Below, piece after piece: positions 1 through 10,000 of a stretch of DNA of 53,210 bases (the first letter of the stretch is position 1; the number at the start of each line of letters is the position of its first letter). This DNA comes from a virus (Duplodnaviria > Caudoviricetes). The stretch is from IMG/VR virus record IMGVR_UViG_3300034061_003829, positions 1 to 53,210 of that record; one strand, 5' to 3'. Position numbers and translations under genes: made by a program. The notes under the pieces were generated by a model. It searched no databases. It saw only the letters and a program-made list of their open reading frames with translations, and had not been told where the DNA came from.

Positions 1-14
1 TTATTGGAATTAGT

Positions 15-725
15 ATGAATAAAACGACAATAATAAGTGATTTACACTTAGGTAGTAAGGCGGCAAGAAGGGAAGATATTATCAAGTTTTTAGATGAATT
101 AAAAACTGAGGTATTGATATTAAATGGCGATATTATTGATGGATGGGCTCTTCAAAGGGGTTCTAAATGGACTAAACAGGATACAAAAATCATCAGGAAG
201 TTATTAAAGATGTCAGAAACTGGGACTGAAATAGTTTGGGTTAGGGGAAATCACGATGAGTTTATTAGGGAGTTTATCCCTATGATGTTGGGTGATATTA
301 AGATGGTTGAGGATTACATTATTCAATCGAACGGTGTAAGATATTATGTTTTTCATGGTGATATATTGGATGTTTTTATTACAAAGATTAAGTGGTTGGC
401 TTATATTGGTTCAATTGGATATGATATTGCATTATGGATTAATCGCTGGTATAATAGATGGAGAAAGTGGAGAGGATTACCATACTATTCAATATCAAAG
501 GATATAAAAAATGGGATAAAGAAAGCAACCAATTTCATAAATGATTTTGAGGATAATGCTATAAGAATTGCCAAACAAAAAGATTGCCAAGTTGCCATTT
601 GTGGACATATTCATCAACCAGCAATGAGGGATAATTATTTTAATTCTGGTGATTGGTGTGAAAATTGTACTGCTTTGGTTGAAACAAAAAATGGTGAGTG
701 GAAAATAATTGATTTTCATAAATAA
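15..725 (+). CDS. Calcineurin-like metallophosphoesterase, UDP-2,3-diacylglucosamine hydrolase (LpxH-like)
   Basis: Motifs ISDLHLG, LNGDIIDGW, RGNHDE, FHGD, CGHIH and NSGDW in canonical order. Confidence 0.85.
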   Translation: MNKTTIISDLHLGSKAARREDIIKFLDELKTEVLILNGDIIDGWALQRGSKWTKQDTKIIRKLLKMSETGTEIVWVRGNHDEFIREFIPMMLGDIKMVEDYIIQSNGVRYYVFHGDILDVFITKIKWLAYIGSIGYDIALWINRWYNRWRKWRGLPYYSISKDIKNGIKKATNFINDFEDNAIRIAKQKDCQVAICGHIHQPAMRDNYFNSGDWCENCTALVETKNGEWKIIDFHK

Positions 726-761
726 TTTATTTATATTTCATATATAACATAAAAAAATAAT

Positions 762-1217
762 ATGGAATTAATAAGTTCTCACATTTGCAAGGCAAGTGAA
801 ATAGGTGTTCATAATAATATGTTTGGGGGTTATATTCTATCCCTTATAGATGATGCAGCGGCAGCATACGCATCTCAGATTTGTGATACACCAAGAGTTG
901 TCACAATTAAAATTGATGAATTGGTATTCAAGAAACCTGTTAAAGTTGGTAGCATTTTAAAGTGTTATGGTGAGGTAAAAGAGTTTGGAACAACATCTGT
1001 CACCTTATATATTGAAATGAGAAGGCACAATGTATATACGGGTAAGCAAGAAGTGGTTACACATACCAATATCAAGTTTGTAAGGATTGATGATGAAGGA
1101 AATCCATTGGCTATCTCTAATAGAGTTAAAGGTAGGTATTTTGAACGAATTAAAAAGTATGGTAAAGGTTTATTAAGTGAAGAAGAAAGAACATTAGAAA
1201 CTGAAAACAAGAAATAA
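762..1217 (+). CDS. Acyl-CoA thioesterase (HotDog fold, YciA-like)
   Basis: HNNMFGG..L..ID.AA, VVT..ID...FKKPV.VG, GTTS and FVRID..G.P motifs. Confidence 0.85.
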   Translation: MELISSHICKASEIGVHNNMFGGYILSLIDDAAAAYASQICDTPRVVTIKIDELVFKKPVKVGSILKCYGEVKEFGTTSVTLYIEMRRHNVYTGKQEVVTHTNIKFVRIDDEGNPLAISNRVKGRYFERIKKYGKGLLSEEERTLETENKK

Positions 1218-1238
1218 TTTTTAAGATATTTATTAGGT

Positions 1239-1472
1239 ATGAGAGTAGATTTAAACGGAGCAAAAACAATTACAATTGTTCCAGCACAAACAAAAACATT
1301 AAGTTCATTAACAATTGACAGAGTTGTAGATTTACAAGGAGATAAAAAAGTATTTGCAATTATAAATGAATTATATGAACCTGTTGATTTATGGGTTGGA
1401 GCGGATTATGATGCTGTCGGACAATGGACAGATACAGATGTTGCTAACAGAATTAGAGAGATTTTTGCGTGA
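1239..1472 (+). CDS. Small hypothetical protein, probably late/virion-associated
   Basis: 77-aa ORF; TATTTATT motif at 1227-1234; GTGA overlap with next gene. Confidence 0.7.
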   Translation: MRVDLNGAKTITIVPAQTKTLSSLTIDRVVDLQGDKKVFAIINELYEPVDLWVGADYDAVGQWTDTDVANRIREIFA

Positions 1473-2380
1473 TACAAAGAGGTTATCAGGAACATGAGTT
1501 AATGAAATACACCCTTAGAGAGCCAGAATTAAAGGTTTTTGAGGGTAAAGAGATACTTATGCACTTAGATTCGTTCTGTTTAGGTGATACTATCTGTTTT
1601 TCAAGTATGATTTATAAGTTTATGGAGGTTCATAAACCTTCTAAACTCATAATTTCCACATTTTTACCACATTTATTCGATTTTCAAGACGAAAGGATAA
1701 GAATTGTCAAATCATCAGACCCAACAATAACAACAACTGCCGATCAGTTAATAAATATTGGTTATGATAAGAATAATTTAGAACATACCAAATATGGGAT
1801 GTTTTACGCTACAAAAGATACTATGTTGATACCTTTTGACAGCAAACCAGGAAAAGTCCCTGTAAAACCCCTAAAAAGGGTTAAAAATGACAAAAAAATA
1901 GTAATTGCGCCCGAATCTTTAAAGAAAATAGCTAGATGGGACTACTTTGGGGGTAAAGGATGGCAAATTGTGGTTGATTATTTAACATCAAATGGGTATG
2001 AAGTATATAATATTTCGTATGAAAACACATTAAATCTAAGGAATGTTCATCAATATAACGGATTTAAGGACATAAATGTTGCTTTGGGACATATATTATC
2101 ATCAAGATTATTTATTGGGTTATCATCAGGGTTAAGTTGGTTAGCTTGGGCTTATGATGTTCCTGTTGTAATGATTTCTAATTTCACTAAATCGTGGAAT
2201 GAGTTTGATTGTTATAGGGTTGATAATCCTGCTGGGTGTAATGGGTGTTTTAATATATTCCAAAACATAAAAAGTCATTGTCCGATATTTGAAGGGACGT
2301 TAAGGGAAAATGAATGTCACAAAAAAATTACACCTGAGATGGTAATTCGAAAAATTGACTTGGCTTTGTCAGAAAATTAG
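1469..2380 (+). CDS. TibC/Aah-like (autotransporter heptosyltransferase-type) GT-B glycosyltransferase
   Basis: LDSFCLGDTI, GWQIVVDYL..GY, FIGLSSGLSWLAWA...PVVMISNFT..WNEF and C-terminal CNGC...C...C..I.PEMV pattern. Confidence 0.75.
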   Translation: MIQRGYQEHELMKYTLREPELKVFEGKEILMHLDSFCLGDTICFSSMIYKFMEVHKPSKLIISTFLPHLFDFQDERIRIVKSSDPTITTTADQLINIGYDKNNLEHTKYGMFYATKDTMLIPFDSKPGKVPVKPLKRVKNDKKIVIAPESLKKIARWDYFGGKGWQIVVDYLTSNGYEVYNISYENTLNLRNVHQYNGFKDINVALGHILSSRLFIGLSSGLSWLAWAYDVPVVMISNFTKSWNEFDCYRVDNPAGCNGCFNIFQNIKSHCPIFEGTLRENECHKKITPEMVIRKIDLALSEN

Positions 2381-2390
2381 TTTATATTTG
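2360..2390 (+). promoter_or_regulatory. Bacteroidota-type primary sigma promoter
   Basis: TTG (2360-2362), 20-nt spacer, TATATTTG (2383-2390), ahead of a small-gene operon. Confidence 0.55.
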
Positions 2391-2409
2391 ATAAAAAGGA
2401 GAAAATAAT

Positions 2410-2586
2410 ATGAGTTATGTAATTGCAAGACCAAGTGATATTAATGGTAAATTACCAGTTTTAATTGTTGATGATCATGGTGAGATTATGGAGTTTGAAA
2501 AAATGACAGATGCTGAGTTTGTTGTAAAAGTTTTGAAATCTAACGATCCGCAAGATAGGGAATACACAATTAAAAAGATTGGATAA
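2410..2586 (+). CDS. Small hypothetical protein (58 aa, MSYVIARPSDINGKLPVLIVDDHGE...)
   Basis: Translated by hand; below ORF-track cutoff; fills gap after the promoter. Confidence 0.65.
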   Translation: MSYVIARPSDINGKLPVLIVDDHGEIMEFEKMTDAEFVVKVLKSNDPQDREYTIKKIG

Positions 2587-2587
2587 A

Positions 2588-2752
2588 ATGGGAAAGACAA
2601 AAGAAATGATGGAGTTTTACGAATATTCTGATGAATACATAAATGAACAAATACATTTAAAACTAAATGTAGATGCTCAGCATTATATAGATTTATATGA
2701 GCAAGATATTCAAGAGGGATCAAAAGATTTAGATTATGAAGATAAAAATTGA
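2588..2752 (+). CDS. Small acidic hypothetical protein (54 aa, MGKTKEMMEFYEYSDE...)
   Basis: Translated by hand; starts 1 nt after previous stop and overlaps next start. Confidence 0.6.
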   Translation: MGKTKEMMEFYEYSDEYINEQIHLKLNVDAQHYIDLYEQDIQEGSKDLDYEDKN

Positions 2753-3293
2753 TTTTACAGAAAAAACTATTCTTAATTTAATTGATAGGGATTTCCCATT
2801 CTTTACCATTTATAGAATAATGGAAGCTACTAATTGGAGATGGTTTGATAGTCCAAACATACCAACATTTGATAGAATTAAAAAAACATTATTTAATTTA
2901 ATCAATTCAGCTAAAAAATATGGTTGTGCTGGGACTGGTGGATTTGAGGTTGAGTATAAAGAAGAAACTTATAATATAAGATTTGATGTTGCCACATTTG
3001 CATTTACTGAAAAATCTGATAAATGGGATAATGAAGATTTATCATATTTATCAATGTTTATTGATAAGGTTGAAGCAACGGAAATCATATTAAACTCAAC
3101 ACTCGCCTTACTTAGGAATAGTGAGAAAGATATTTTCTTTATGAGAAAATGTAATGAGTTTATAGATAGTGGATTGTCTTATGAATATGATAAGAAATTA
3201 GGTTTAATATTTAGAAAAGAAGATAATGGTGATGATACACCGCCATTATATGAATTAATATTTGTTGGTGTAGATAAAAGTTTTGAAGTATGA
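2736..3293 (+). CDS. Hypothetical protein
   Basis: 185-aa ORF in a tightly packed operon. Confidence 0.7.
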   Translation: MKIKIDFTEKTILNLIDRDFPFFTIYRIMEATNWRWFDSPNIPTFDRIKKTLFNLINSAKKYGCAGTGGFEVEYKEETYNIRFDVATFAFTEKSDKWDNEDLSYLSMFIDKVEATEIILNSTLALLRNSEKDIFFMRKCNEFIDSGLSYEYDKKLGLIFRKEDNGDDTPPLYELIFVGVDKSFEV

Positions 3294-3478
3294 TTTGGAT
3301 TGGATATATATTATTAGTATTAATAAATGTTTTTGTAGCATTTTTAATAAAGATGTCGAGAAAGACATCATTCTGGGGTAGAATTGTATTATTATTACCA
3401 CCATTAGCGATTTGTTATGGGATAGCTTTCCTATTATTAACTTTATTCTATTTTATTAAATATTATTTAAAGGATTAA
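3290..3478 (+). CDS. Small two-TM membrane protein
   Basis: Two hydrophobic stretches separated by basic loop KMSRK; ATGA overlap. Confidence 0.65.
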   Translation: MIWIGYILLVLINVFVAFLIKMSRKTSFWGRIVLLLPPLAICYGIAFLLLTLFYFIKYYLKD

Positions 3479-3480
3479 AG

Positions 3481-3762
3481 ATGGTAGTTAGTTTTAATAT
3501 TGGTTATGATTTAGGTGGATGGGCTGTATTAAGCCCATTCCCTGTTTTAGAGTATTGTGATAATATTCGTGAATTAACAAACAGAATTAGGGAGGGTGTT
3601 CCTGATTTATATAATTGGGCTATTCAATCATCAGTTCCACCTGAAACAATGAGATTGTATTTGGTTATACATGAAGAAGGATTACCTGAAAAGAAGTTTA
3701 TTATTAGGTCTTATTATATAAGGGAATACAAAGAGTATTTAGAAATGAAGAAGGGTGAATAA
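3481..3762 (+). CDS. Hypothetical protein
   Basis: 93-aa ORF, followed by terminator. Confidence 0.65.
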   Translation: MVVSFNIGYDLGGWAVLSPFPVLEYCDNIRELTNRIREGVPDLYNWAIQSSVPPETMRLYLVIHEEGLPEKKFIIRSYYIREYKEYLEMKKGE

Positions 3763-3775
3763 TCATCCTTTTTTT
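3751..3775 (+). terminator. Intrinsic terminator
   Basis: AAGGGTGA-ATAA-TCATCCTT followed by a T run. Confidence 0.7.
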
Positions 3776-3787
3776 GTGCTTTTATGT

Positions 3788-3889
3788 TTAGTATATATCA
3801 ATTTTTGATATAGCATCTATTGTATTATTCCACCATTTTTTGATGGCTTGAATGATGTGATTAAGTTTGGATTTTCTTTTTTCTCCCAT
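3788..3889 (-). CDS. 33-aa amphipathic peptide (MGEKRKSKLNHIIQAIKKWWNNTIDAISKIDIY)
   Basis: Translated by hand; fills the gap between terminator and fibre promoter; TATTTACTA on the minus strand just upstream. Confidence 0.45.
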   Translation of the reverse strand: MGEKRKSKLNHIIQAIKKWWNNTIDAISKIDIY

Positions 3890-3913
3890 AATACTAAAAT
3901 ATAGTAAATAAAC

Positions 3914-3969
3914 TATTTATAGTAAATAATTTGTTGGCTTCGGCCTGTATCAATAATTGATGTAAATTA
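3914..3969 (+). promoter_or_regulatory. TATTTATA late-type motif plus structured leader with C(UUCG)G hairpin
   Basis: TATTTATA 3914-3921; GGC-TTCG-GCC 3936-3945; TGTATCAA-TAA-TTGATGTA 3946-3964. Confidence 0.55.
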
Positions 3970-3973
3970 AAGT

Positions 3974-6900
3974 ATGGCGTATAATATAAAAGGGGATTTA
4001 AGTGTTCTTCGTAGGATATTTTCAAGGTTCATAAGAGTTGAAACCTTATCAGGTAATACAGGTAATGTATTAGCTGCGGATAATAATGGTGAAATTATAT
4101 CAAGAAATGTAGATTTCTTTTTAACTGGTTCAACAATATTCAATAACAAAGTAGATAATTCTACTTTTTATGGTTATACATCAGCCACAAATACTTTAAT
4201 TGGGACAAAATTAGACACATCAATATACACAGCTTTTACTAATAGTTTTTATACTTATACAAGTGCAACCAATACTTTAATTGGGACAAAATTAGATACA
4301 TCAATATTTGCCAATTATACCGCAAATACAGGATCAAATGTATCTGCAGCATTTACCGCTTTTACTCAAACATTTTATCAATACACATCTGATACAAATA
4401 ATCTAATAAATACTAAATTAGATAAAACAACATTTACTGCTTTCACAAATAGCTTCAATAGTTATTCGGCTAATACTCAGAACACCATAAACAATAATTA
4501 TAGTGAGTTTACAGCATTTACCAATAGTTTCAATAGTTATTCAGCCAATACCCAAACTCAATTGAATAATAAGTATGATAAAAGTGGTGGAACAATATCT
4601 GGTAGTGTAACCATTCTTGGTAATTTAATTGTTAATGGGACAGCAACAACAATTAACACACAAAACTTATTGGTATATGATCCGATAATTGGATTAGCTT
4701 TAGTTCAATCAGGTTCAACAAATCCAACATTAGATTCTGGTTTTATAATTGAAAGGGGTGTATCAGGAAACACAGGTTTCTTATGGATTGAAACAAATAA
4801 ACAATTTGAATTAGGTTATACAAATAATACATATAATGATTTAAATGTATCTATAAGTAATTATGGTAATCTAAAACTTGGTGGTTTAAAAACGAATTAT
4901 CTTTATGATAGTTTAGGAACAACAGGATTAACTAATTATATTTTAACAACAACACCAACAGGTGTAAGATGGTTAAGTGGTTCAACTAATGTTGATATAT
5001 CAGGTAAATTGGATATATCAGTTTTTACAGCATTTACAGATAGTTTCTATGGTTATACCGCCAATACTCAGAATACTATAAATAATAATTATAGTCAGTT
5101 TACATCATTTACTAATAGTTTTTACTCATACAGTTCGAATACTCAAAATACTATCAATAACAATTATAGTCAATTTACAGCTTTCACGAATAGCTTTAAT
5201 AGTTATTCGGCTAATACTCAAAATACTATCAATAACAATTATAGTCAGTTTACGGCTTTTACTAATAGCTTCTATTCATATAGTTCAAACACTCAAAATA
5301 CGATAAATAACAATTATAGTCAGTTTACATCATTTACTAATAGTTTTTATTCTTATAGCTCAAATACTCAAAATACTATCAATAATAATTATAGTCAGTT
5401 TACGGCATTTACTAATACTTTTTATACGTATAGTGCTCAAACAGATAGTAGATTATTGTTTAGTTCAACAACAACAGGTTCGACATTTAGAATAAATAGT
5501 AATAACCTAGCATCAGCACAATATTCAACTGTAAGTGGTGGTAGAAATAACATATCATCAGGTGATTATGCATTTATAGGTGGTGGTTGTGCTAATACAG
5601 CATCTGGTAATTGTTCAATTATAGGTGGTGGGGATAATAATAAAGCTTTAGGTTCATCATCAACAATTAGTGGTGGTATTTATAATACTACTACATGTAA
5701 TAACTCATCAATTGGTGGTGGTTGTTATAATATTATTGATTGTTGTAATAGTAGTGTAATTGGTGGTGGTATAGGTAATTATATTGTTAATAATAAATCA
5801 TCTATTGGTGGTGGTTTAATGAATGTTATTGGTTGCACATCAACATATTCGGGTTATTGGGATACCTCAAAAATAAACATTTTGGGTGATGTATCAACAC
5901 TTTTTAATAGTAGTGATAATGTAGGGGCTTTTAATATTGCTGAAAACTCATTTAAAATAACATCAGTATCAAATTCATATTTTAACTCAGGTGTTGGTTG
6001 TACAGAAATAACATTAAATACTTCATTAGGTGGCTCTAGTAATATAGTATTATATAATAAAACAACTTCAAGTGTTAGTGGTTTTTATAATACAATAGGT
6101 GGTGGTTTAGGTAATGTATCTTATGGGAATTATTCAACAATAGGTGGTGGGTGTAGAAATACATCATCTGGTTATTATTCATTTATTGGTAGTGGTTTTT
6201 TAAATACTACATTATGTAGTCAATCATTCATAGGTGGTGGTTTAAGAAATACATTATCAGGTAATTCTTCAGTTATTGGTGGTGGTGAGTTTAATACGGT
6301 ATTAAATGCTTATTCTATTATTTCAGGTGGACAAAATAATACATCATCGGGATATACATCAGGTATTGGTGGTGGTAATGGGAACGTTGCTTCAGGTCAA
6401 AACTCTTTTATTGGTGGTGGTCTTAGTAATTCAACGACTGAAAATGCTAATGTTGTAAGTGGCGGTATGTCAAATACTGTGTCAGGTTATAGGTCAGCCA
6501 TACTTGGTGGTCTTAGTAATACTGTTTCAGGTTGTTATTCTGTAAATGGTGCTGGTAAAAATAATATAGTATCAGGTTGTTTTTCAGCCATACTTGGTGG
6601 ATGTAGTAACACAGCGAGTGGGAATAATACATTTGTTTTAGGTTCTAATTTAATTGGTTGTAGTGATAACACAACATATGTTCAAAACTTAAAAATAAAC
6701 AATGGAACTGAAGCTTTATTTACTACAACAAATAAAACATTAACGACAGGATTAAACTCTTTATATGTTTTACCAACAGTATATGATGGAGCATTCATTG
6801 ATTATGTTGCTAAGTGTGGTGCTAATTATAGAGCCGGACAAATGATGTCTACTTGGAGTGGTGGGACTATTGTATTTAATGAAACAACGACTGTCGATAT

Positions 6901-7015
6901 TGGAAATACAAATCGTATTTATATGTGTATGATAATATCAGGTGGAAGTCCTGTTTTTATATCATCAGCAACAACATCAGGATGGTGTGTTAAATCAATA
7001 ATTAAGGCAATTTAA
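3974..7015 (+). CDS. Long fibre-like virion protein (25-aa stalk repeats and ~15-aa GG..N beta-roll repeats)
   Basis: 1013 aa, N/S/T/G-rich; SxIGGGxxN repeats reminiscent of YadA-like head repeats. Confidence 0.75.
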   Translation: MAYNIKGDLSVLRRIFSRFIRVETLSGNTGNVLAADNNGEIISRNVDFFLTGSTIFNNKVDNSTFYGYTSATNTLIGTKLDTSIYTAFTNSFYTYTSATNTLIGTKLDTSIFANYTANTGSNVSAAFTAFTQTFYQYTSDTNNLINTKLDKTTFTAFTNSFNSYSANTQNTINNNYSEFTAFTNSFNSYSANTQTQLNNKYDKSGGTISGSVTILGNLIVNGTATTINTQNLLVYDPIIGLALVQSGSTNPTLDSGFIIERGVSGNTGFLWIETNKQFELGYTNNTYNDLNVSISNYGNLKLGGLKTNYLYDSLGTTGLTNYILTTTPTGVRWLSGSTNVDISGKLDISVFTAFTDSFYGYTANTQNTINNNYSQFTSFTNSFYSYSSNTQNTINNNYSQFTAFTNSFNSYSANTQNTINNNYSQFTAFTNSFYSYSSNTQNTINNNYSQFTSFTNSFYSYSSNTQNTINNNYSQFTAFTNTFYTYSAQTDSRLLFSSTTTGSTFRINSNNLASAQYSTVSGGRNNISSGDYAFIGGGCANTASGNCSIIGGGDNNKALGSSSTISGGIYNTTTCNNSSIGGGCYNIIDCCNSSVIGGGIGNYIVNNKSSIGGGLMNVIGCTSTYSGYWDTSKINILGDVSTLFNSSDNVGAFNIAENSFKITSVSNSYFNSGVGCTEITLNTSLGGSSNIVLYNKTTSSVSGFYNTIGGGLGNVSYGNYSTIGGGCRNTSSGYYSFIGSGFLNTTLCSQSFIGGGLRNTLSGNSSVIGGGEFNTVLNAYSIISGGQNNTSSGYTSGIGGGNGNVASGQNSFIGGGLSNSTTENANVVSGGMSNTVSGYRSAILGGLSNTVSGCYSVNGAGKNNIVSGCFSAILGGCSNTASGNNTFVLGSNLIGCSDNTTYVQNLKINNGTEALFTTTNKTLTTGLNSLYVLPTVYDGAFIDYVAKCGANYRAGQMMSTWSGGTIVFNETTTVDIGNTNRIYMCMIISGGSPVFISSATTSGWCVKSIIKAI
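5063..5437 (+). repeat. Coding tandem repeat, 5 x 75 nt (NTQNTINNNYSQFT[AS]FTNSFYSYSS)
   Basis: Units start at 5063, 5138, 5213, 5288 and 5363; related units near 4472 and 4547; variation mostly synonymous. Confidence 0.9.
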
Positions 7016-7025
7016 TAAAATTAAG

Positions 7026-7065
7026 TATTTATAGGAATAATAAAATACCTGGAAAGTGAAAGGTA
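7026..7065 (+). promoter_or_regulatory. TATTTATA motif plus TACCT-GGAAAGTGAA-AGGTA hairpin before the start codon
   Basis: Motif 7026-7033; 5-bp stem 7046-7050/7061-7065; ATG at 7070. Confidence 0.5.
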
Positions 7066-7069
7066 AAAA

Positions 7070-10000
7070 ATGGCAAATGAGTTTAGAGTAAAAAATGGTC
7101 TGATAGTTGATGGTGATTCAACTTTAAATGGTAAAATATATGATGTTTCTGGTTCAACAGGGTCATCAGGACAAATCCTTAGTTCATCACCTAATGGTGT
7201 ATTATGGATAAGTGGTGGAACAAGCTTAACCTTAACACCTAATTTTGATTATATTGATTTTACAACGGGTTATACAACAACGGCTAAAACAGCAAGAGTT
7301 TATTACGATTCAAATGAGCAAGCATTATCTTATTTCCCTAATACACCTAGCATGGATGTAACCGTTAATATCGGTCAAGAAAGTTTAATAAGGGTATATA
7401 ATAATACAGGGGTACAAATTAATAATGGTTCTGTTGTTCATATATCCGGTTCATCATTAGGTCTTCCAACAATTGTTTTATCAAATGCTGCTTTTGATGA
7501 TAGAGCTGAAGTTGCAGGTTTTGCAACTCACGACATTCCAAATAATACTATTGGTTTTATTACCAATTTTGGTATTGTAAGAGATGTTAATACATCAGCA
7601 TTTAATGTGGGTGATGAATTATATTTATCAGATACAATATCCGGTGGTTTCACAAATAATGTAATTGGGATTAATTTTAGTTCCAGAGTTTGTTCAGTTG
7701 GTTGGGTTGTAACGACTGGCGTAACCAATGGTAAGATATTAGTGTCAATTACGAATGAAAATAAGGTTCAAAGTTTAACAAATAAACAAGTAAATATTTT
7801 ATTAGGTAATACCATATCAACAGGTGTTTTTGAATACACTGGTCTAACTAAAACATCAAATACGACATTCCAAATCGCACCTGTTAGAGGTTGGTTTGTT
7901 GATAACACAACAAACCCTGTAATACCATATGTATTACAAGTTAATTATAGTGGTAGTACAACAGGACAAACAACACCTTATTTATCGACTAGTGATGCAA
8001 CATATATATTATTAACGTCAGCCGGAACAATAAGTTATCAAACATCGTTTCCTTCCCCACAACAAAGGAGACAAAATATTTTCTTAGGTAAGGTTGTTCA
8101 TCCAAGTAGAACGTCAATATTAAATATAAATAATACTGTTGATTTTGATGTATCACCAATGCAGGCACTACGTGATTTGTGGACACCAATTAAATTAATA
8201 AATGATGGTATTATAGTATCTCCGAATGGTGCTAATTTAAATATTAATACATCGGCAGGAGGATTGTGGGGTAATGGTATTGGTTGGACTACAAATCAAT
8301 TAAACCCCAATCAGGTATCAATAGCAGCCAAATCACCTGCTTCTTTCTTTTATAGGACTCAAACAGGTGGTACTTCTTCTTCCGTAACATTGATTGATCC
8401 AACAAAATATGATGTTGGTGGTGCTATAACTAGTATGGGTGGTGCGGGTAGTGATAACGCCAGTAACCAACGAGTTTATTTATATCCAACAGGTGTTATA
8501 AATATATTATACGGACAAACAAACTACCCCAACTTAACAGCCGCAGTTGCTGGAATACAAACCGAAACTTTCGTTACATATCCTAACGCTCAAACCACTG
8601 GTGTTTTAATTGGTATTATTTCAGTAAGGAATGATATTGTTGCGGATGGTCAACCATTGACTAATACTAATTATGCTAAATTTACTTCAGTATCTAAATT
8701 TGGTGAATTAATAGGTGGAACTGGTGGTTTATCAACAACTACATTACAACAAGCATACGATAACTCAGTTCAACCTGAAATATTAACTAACTCAACATTG
8801 GGTGCGGTTACATTTAAAAGAGGGAGTGCATCTGAATCGGATAACGTAATTGAGGTTCAGAGTAACACAGGTAATAATACATTTGCCGTTACAGGAGAAG
8901 GTAATGTAAGTGGTAATTCATTTAACGTAAAAACTTACATATATGATAGTTTAAATACTTCAGGGGTGACAAATCAGGTATTATTTACATCACCATCAGG
9001 TGTTATATGGAATAATATTGATTATATTGTAACAGGCTTAACAAATAATAAAGTTATTGAATTAGGTAGTGGTGTAGGTTCTACATTAAGAATAAGTAAT
9101 AGTAATTTATCATCAGGTAGTTATTCTGGTGTATTAAGCGGAACGGGTAATACAGCTTCAGGTAGTTATTCTCTTGTGGGTGGTGGTGTATCTAATATTG
9201 TGACAGGTGAAATAGGATTTATAGGTGCTGGATGCTTGAATACAATCACATCAACATTTTCATCTGTAAATGGTGGTTGTAATAATGATATATTTGGTGA
9301 TTATTCATTTATAGGTGGTGGTAGAAGTAATTTAGTTTCAGGTCTTTGTTCGGTAGTAGGTGGTGGTTCAACAAATACCGCATCAAATACATTTACAACA
9401 ATCGGTGGTGGTTCAGGTAATACTGTATCATCAATATTTTCAACAACAGCCGGTGGTGTATTAAATACGGCATCAGGTAACTACGCATCAATCGGTGGTG
9501 GGTGTAGAAACATTGTTGGTGGTTTATTTGGTACAGTTGCTGGTGGTAGATTTAACTCAGCCGGTGGTGAAAGTTCTATTGTATTAGGTGGACAACAAAA
9601 TGCAGCTGTTTTTACAGGTGGTGCCATTGCAGGTGGTTGTTTAAATACATCTAACTGTTTCTATGTAACAATTGCTGGTGGTTGTTGTAACTCATCAAAT
9701 GGTGATAGTGCAACTATTATTGGTGGTAGATGTAATAGATCATCGGGAGCTTGTTCAACAATATCAGGTGGATATGCTAATACATCATCAGCGGCTTTTT
9801 CAAATGTAGGTGGTGGTTTTAGAAATATAGTGTCAGGAGCTTGTTCATTTATTGGTGGTGGTTCAGGACATACGGTTTCAAACTCTTTTTCAAGTCTTGT
9901 TAGTGGTTGGAGGAATACCGTATCAGGGACTTATTGTGGTATTGCAGCAACTGCTAACTCGTTGGTTGGTGGTGTAGGTAATGCAATTAATACATCTTTT

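Noticed and set aside
2475-2723. 82-aa minus-strand ORF
   Set aside because: The region is better explained by two short plus-strand genes packed within a plus-strand operon.
5063-5437. 75-nt and 60-nt periodic repeats as a CRISPR array
   Set aside because: Units are in-frame coding repeats with mainly synonymous variation, no unique spacers and no cas genes.
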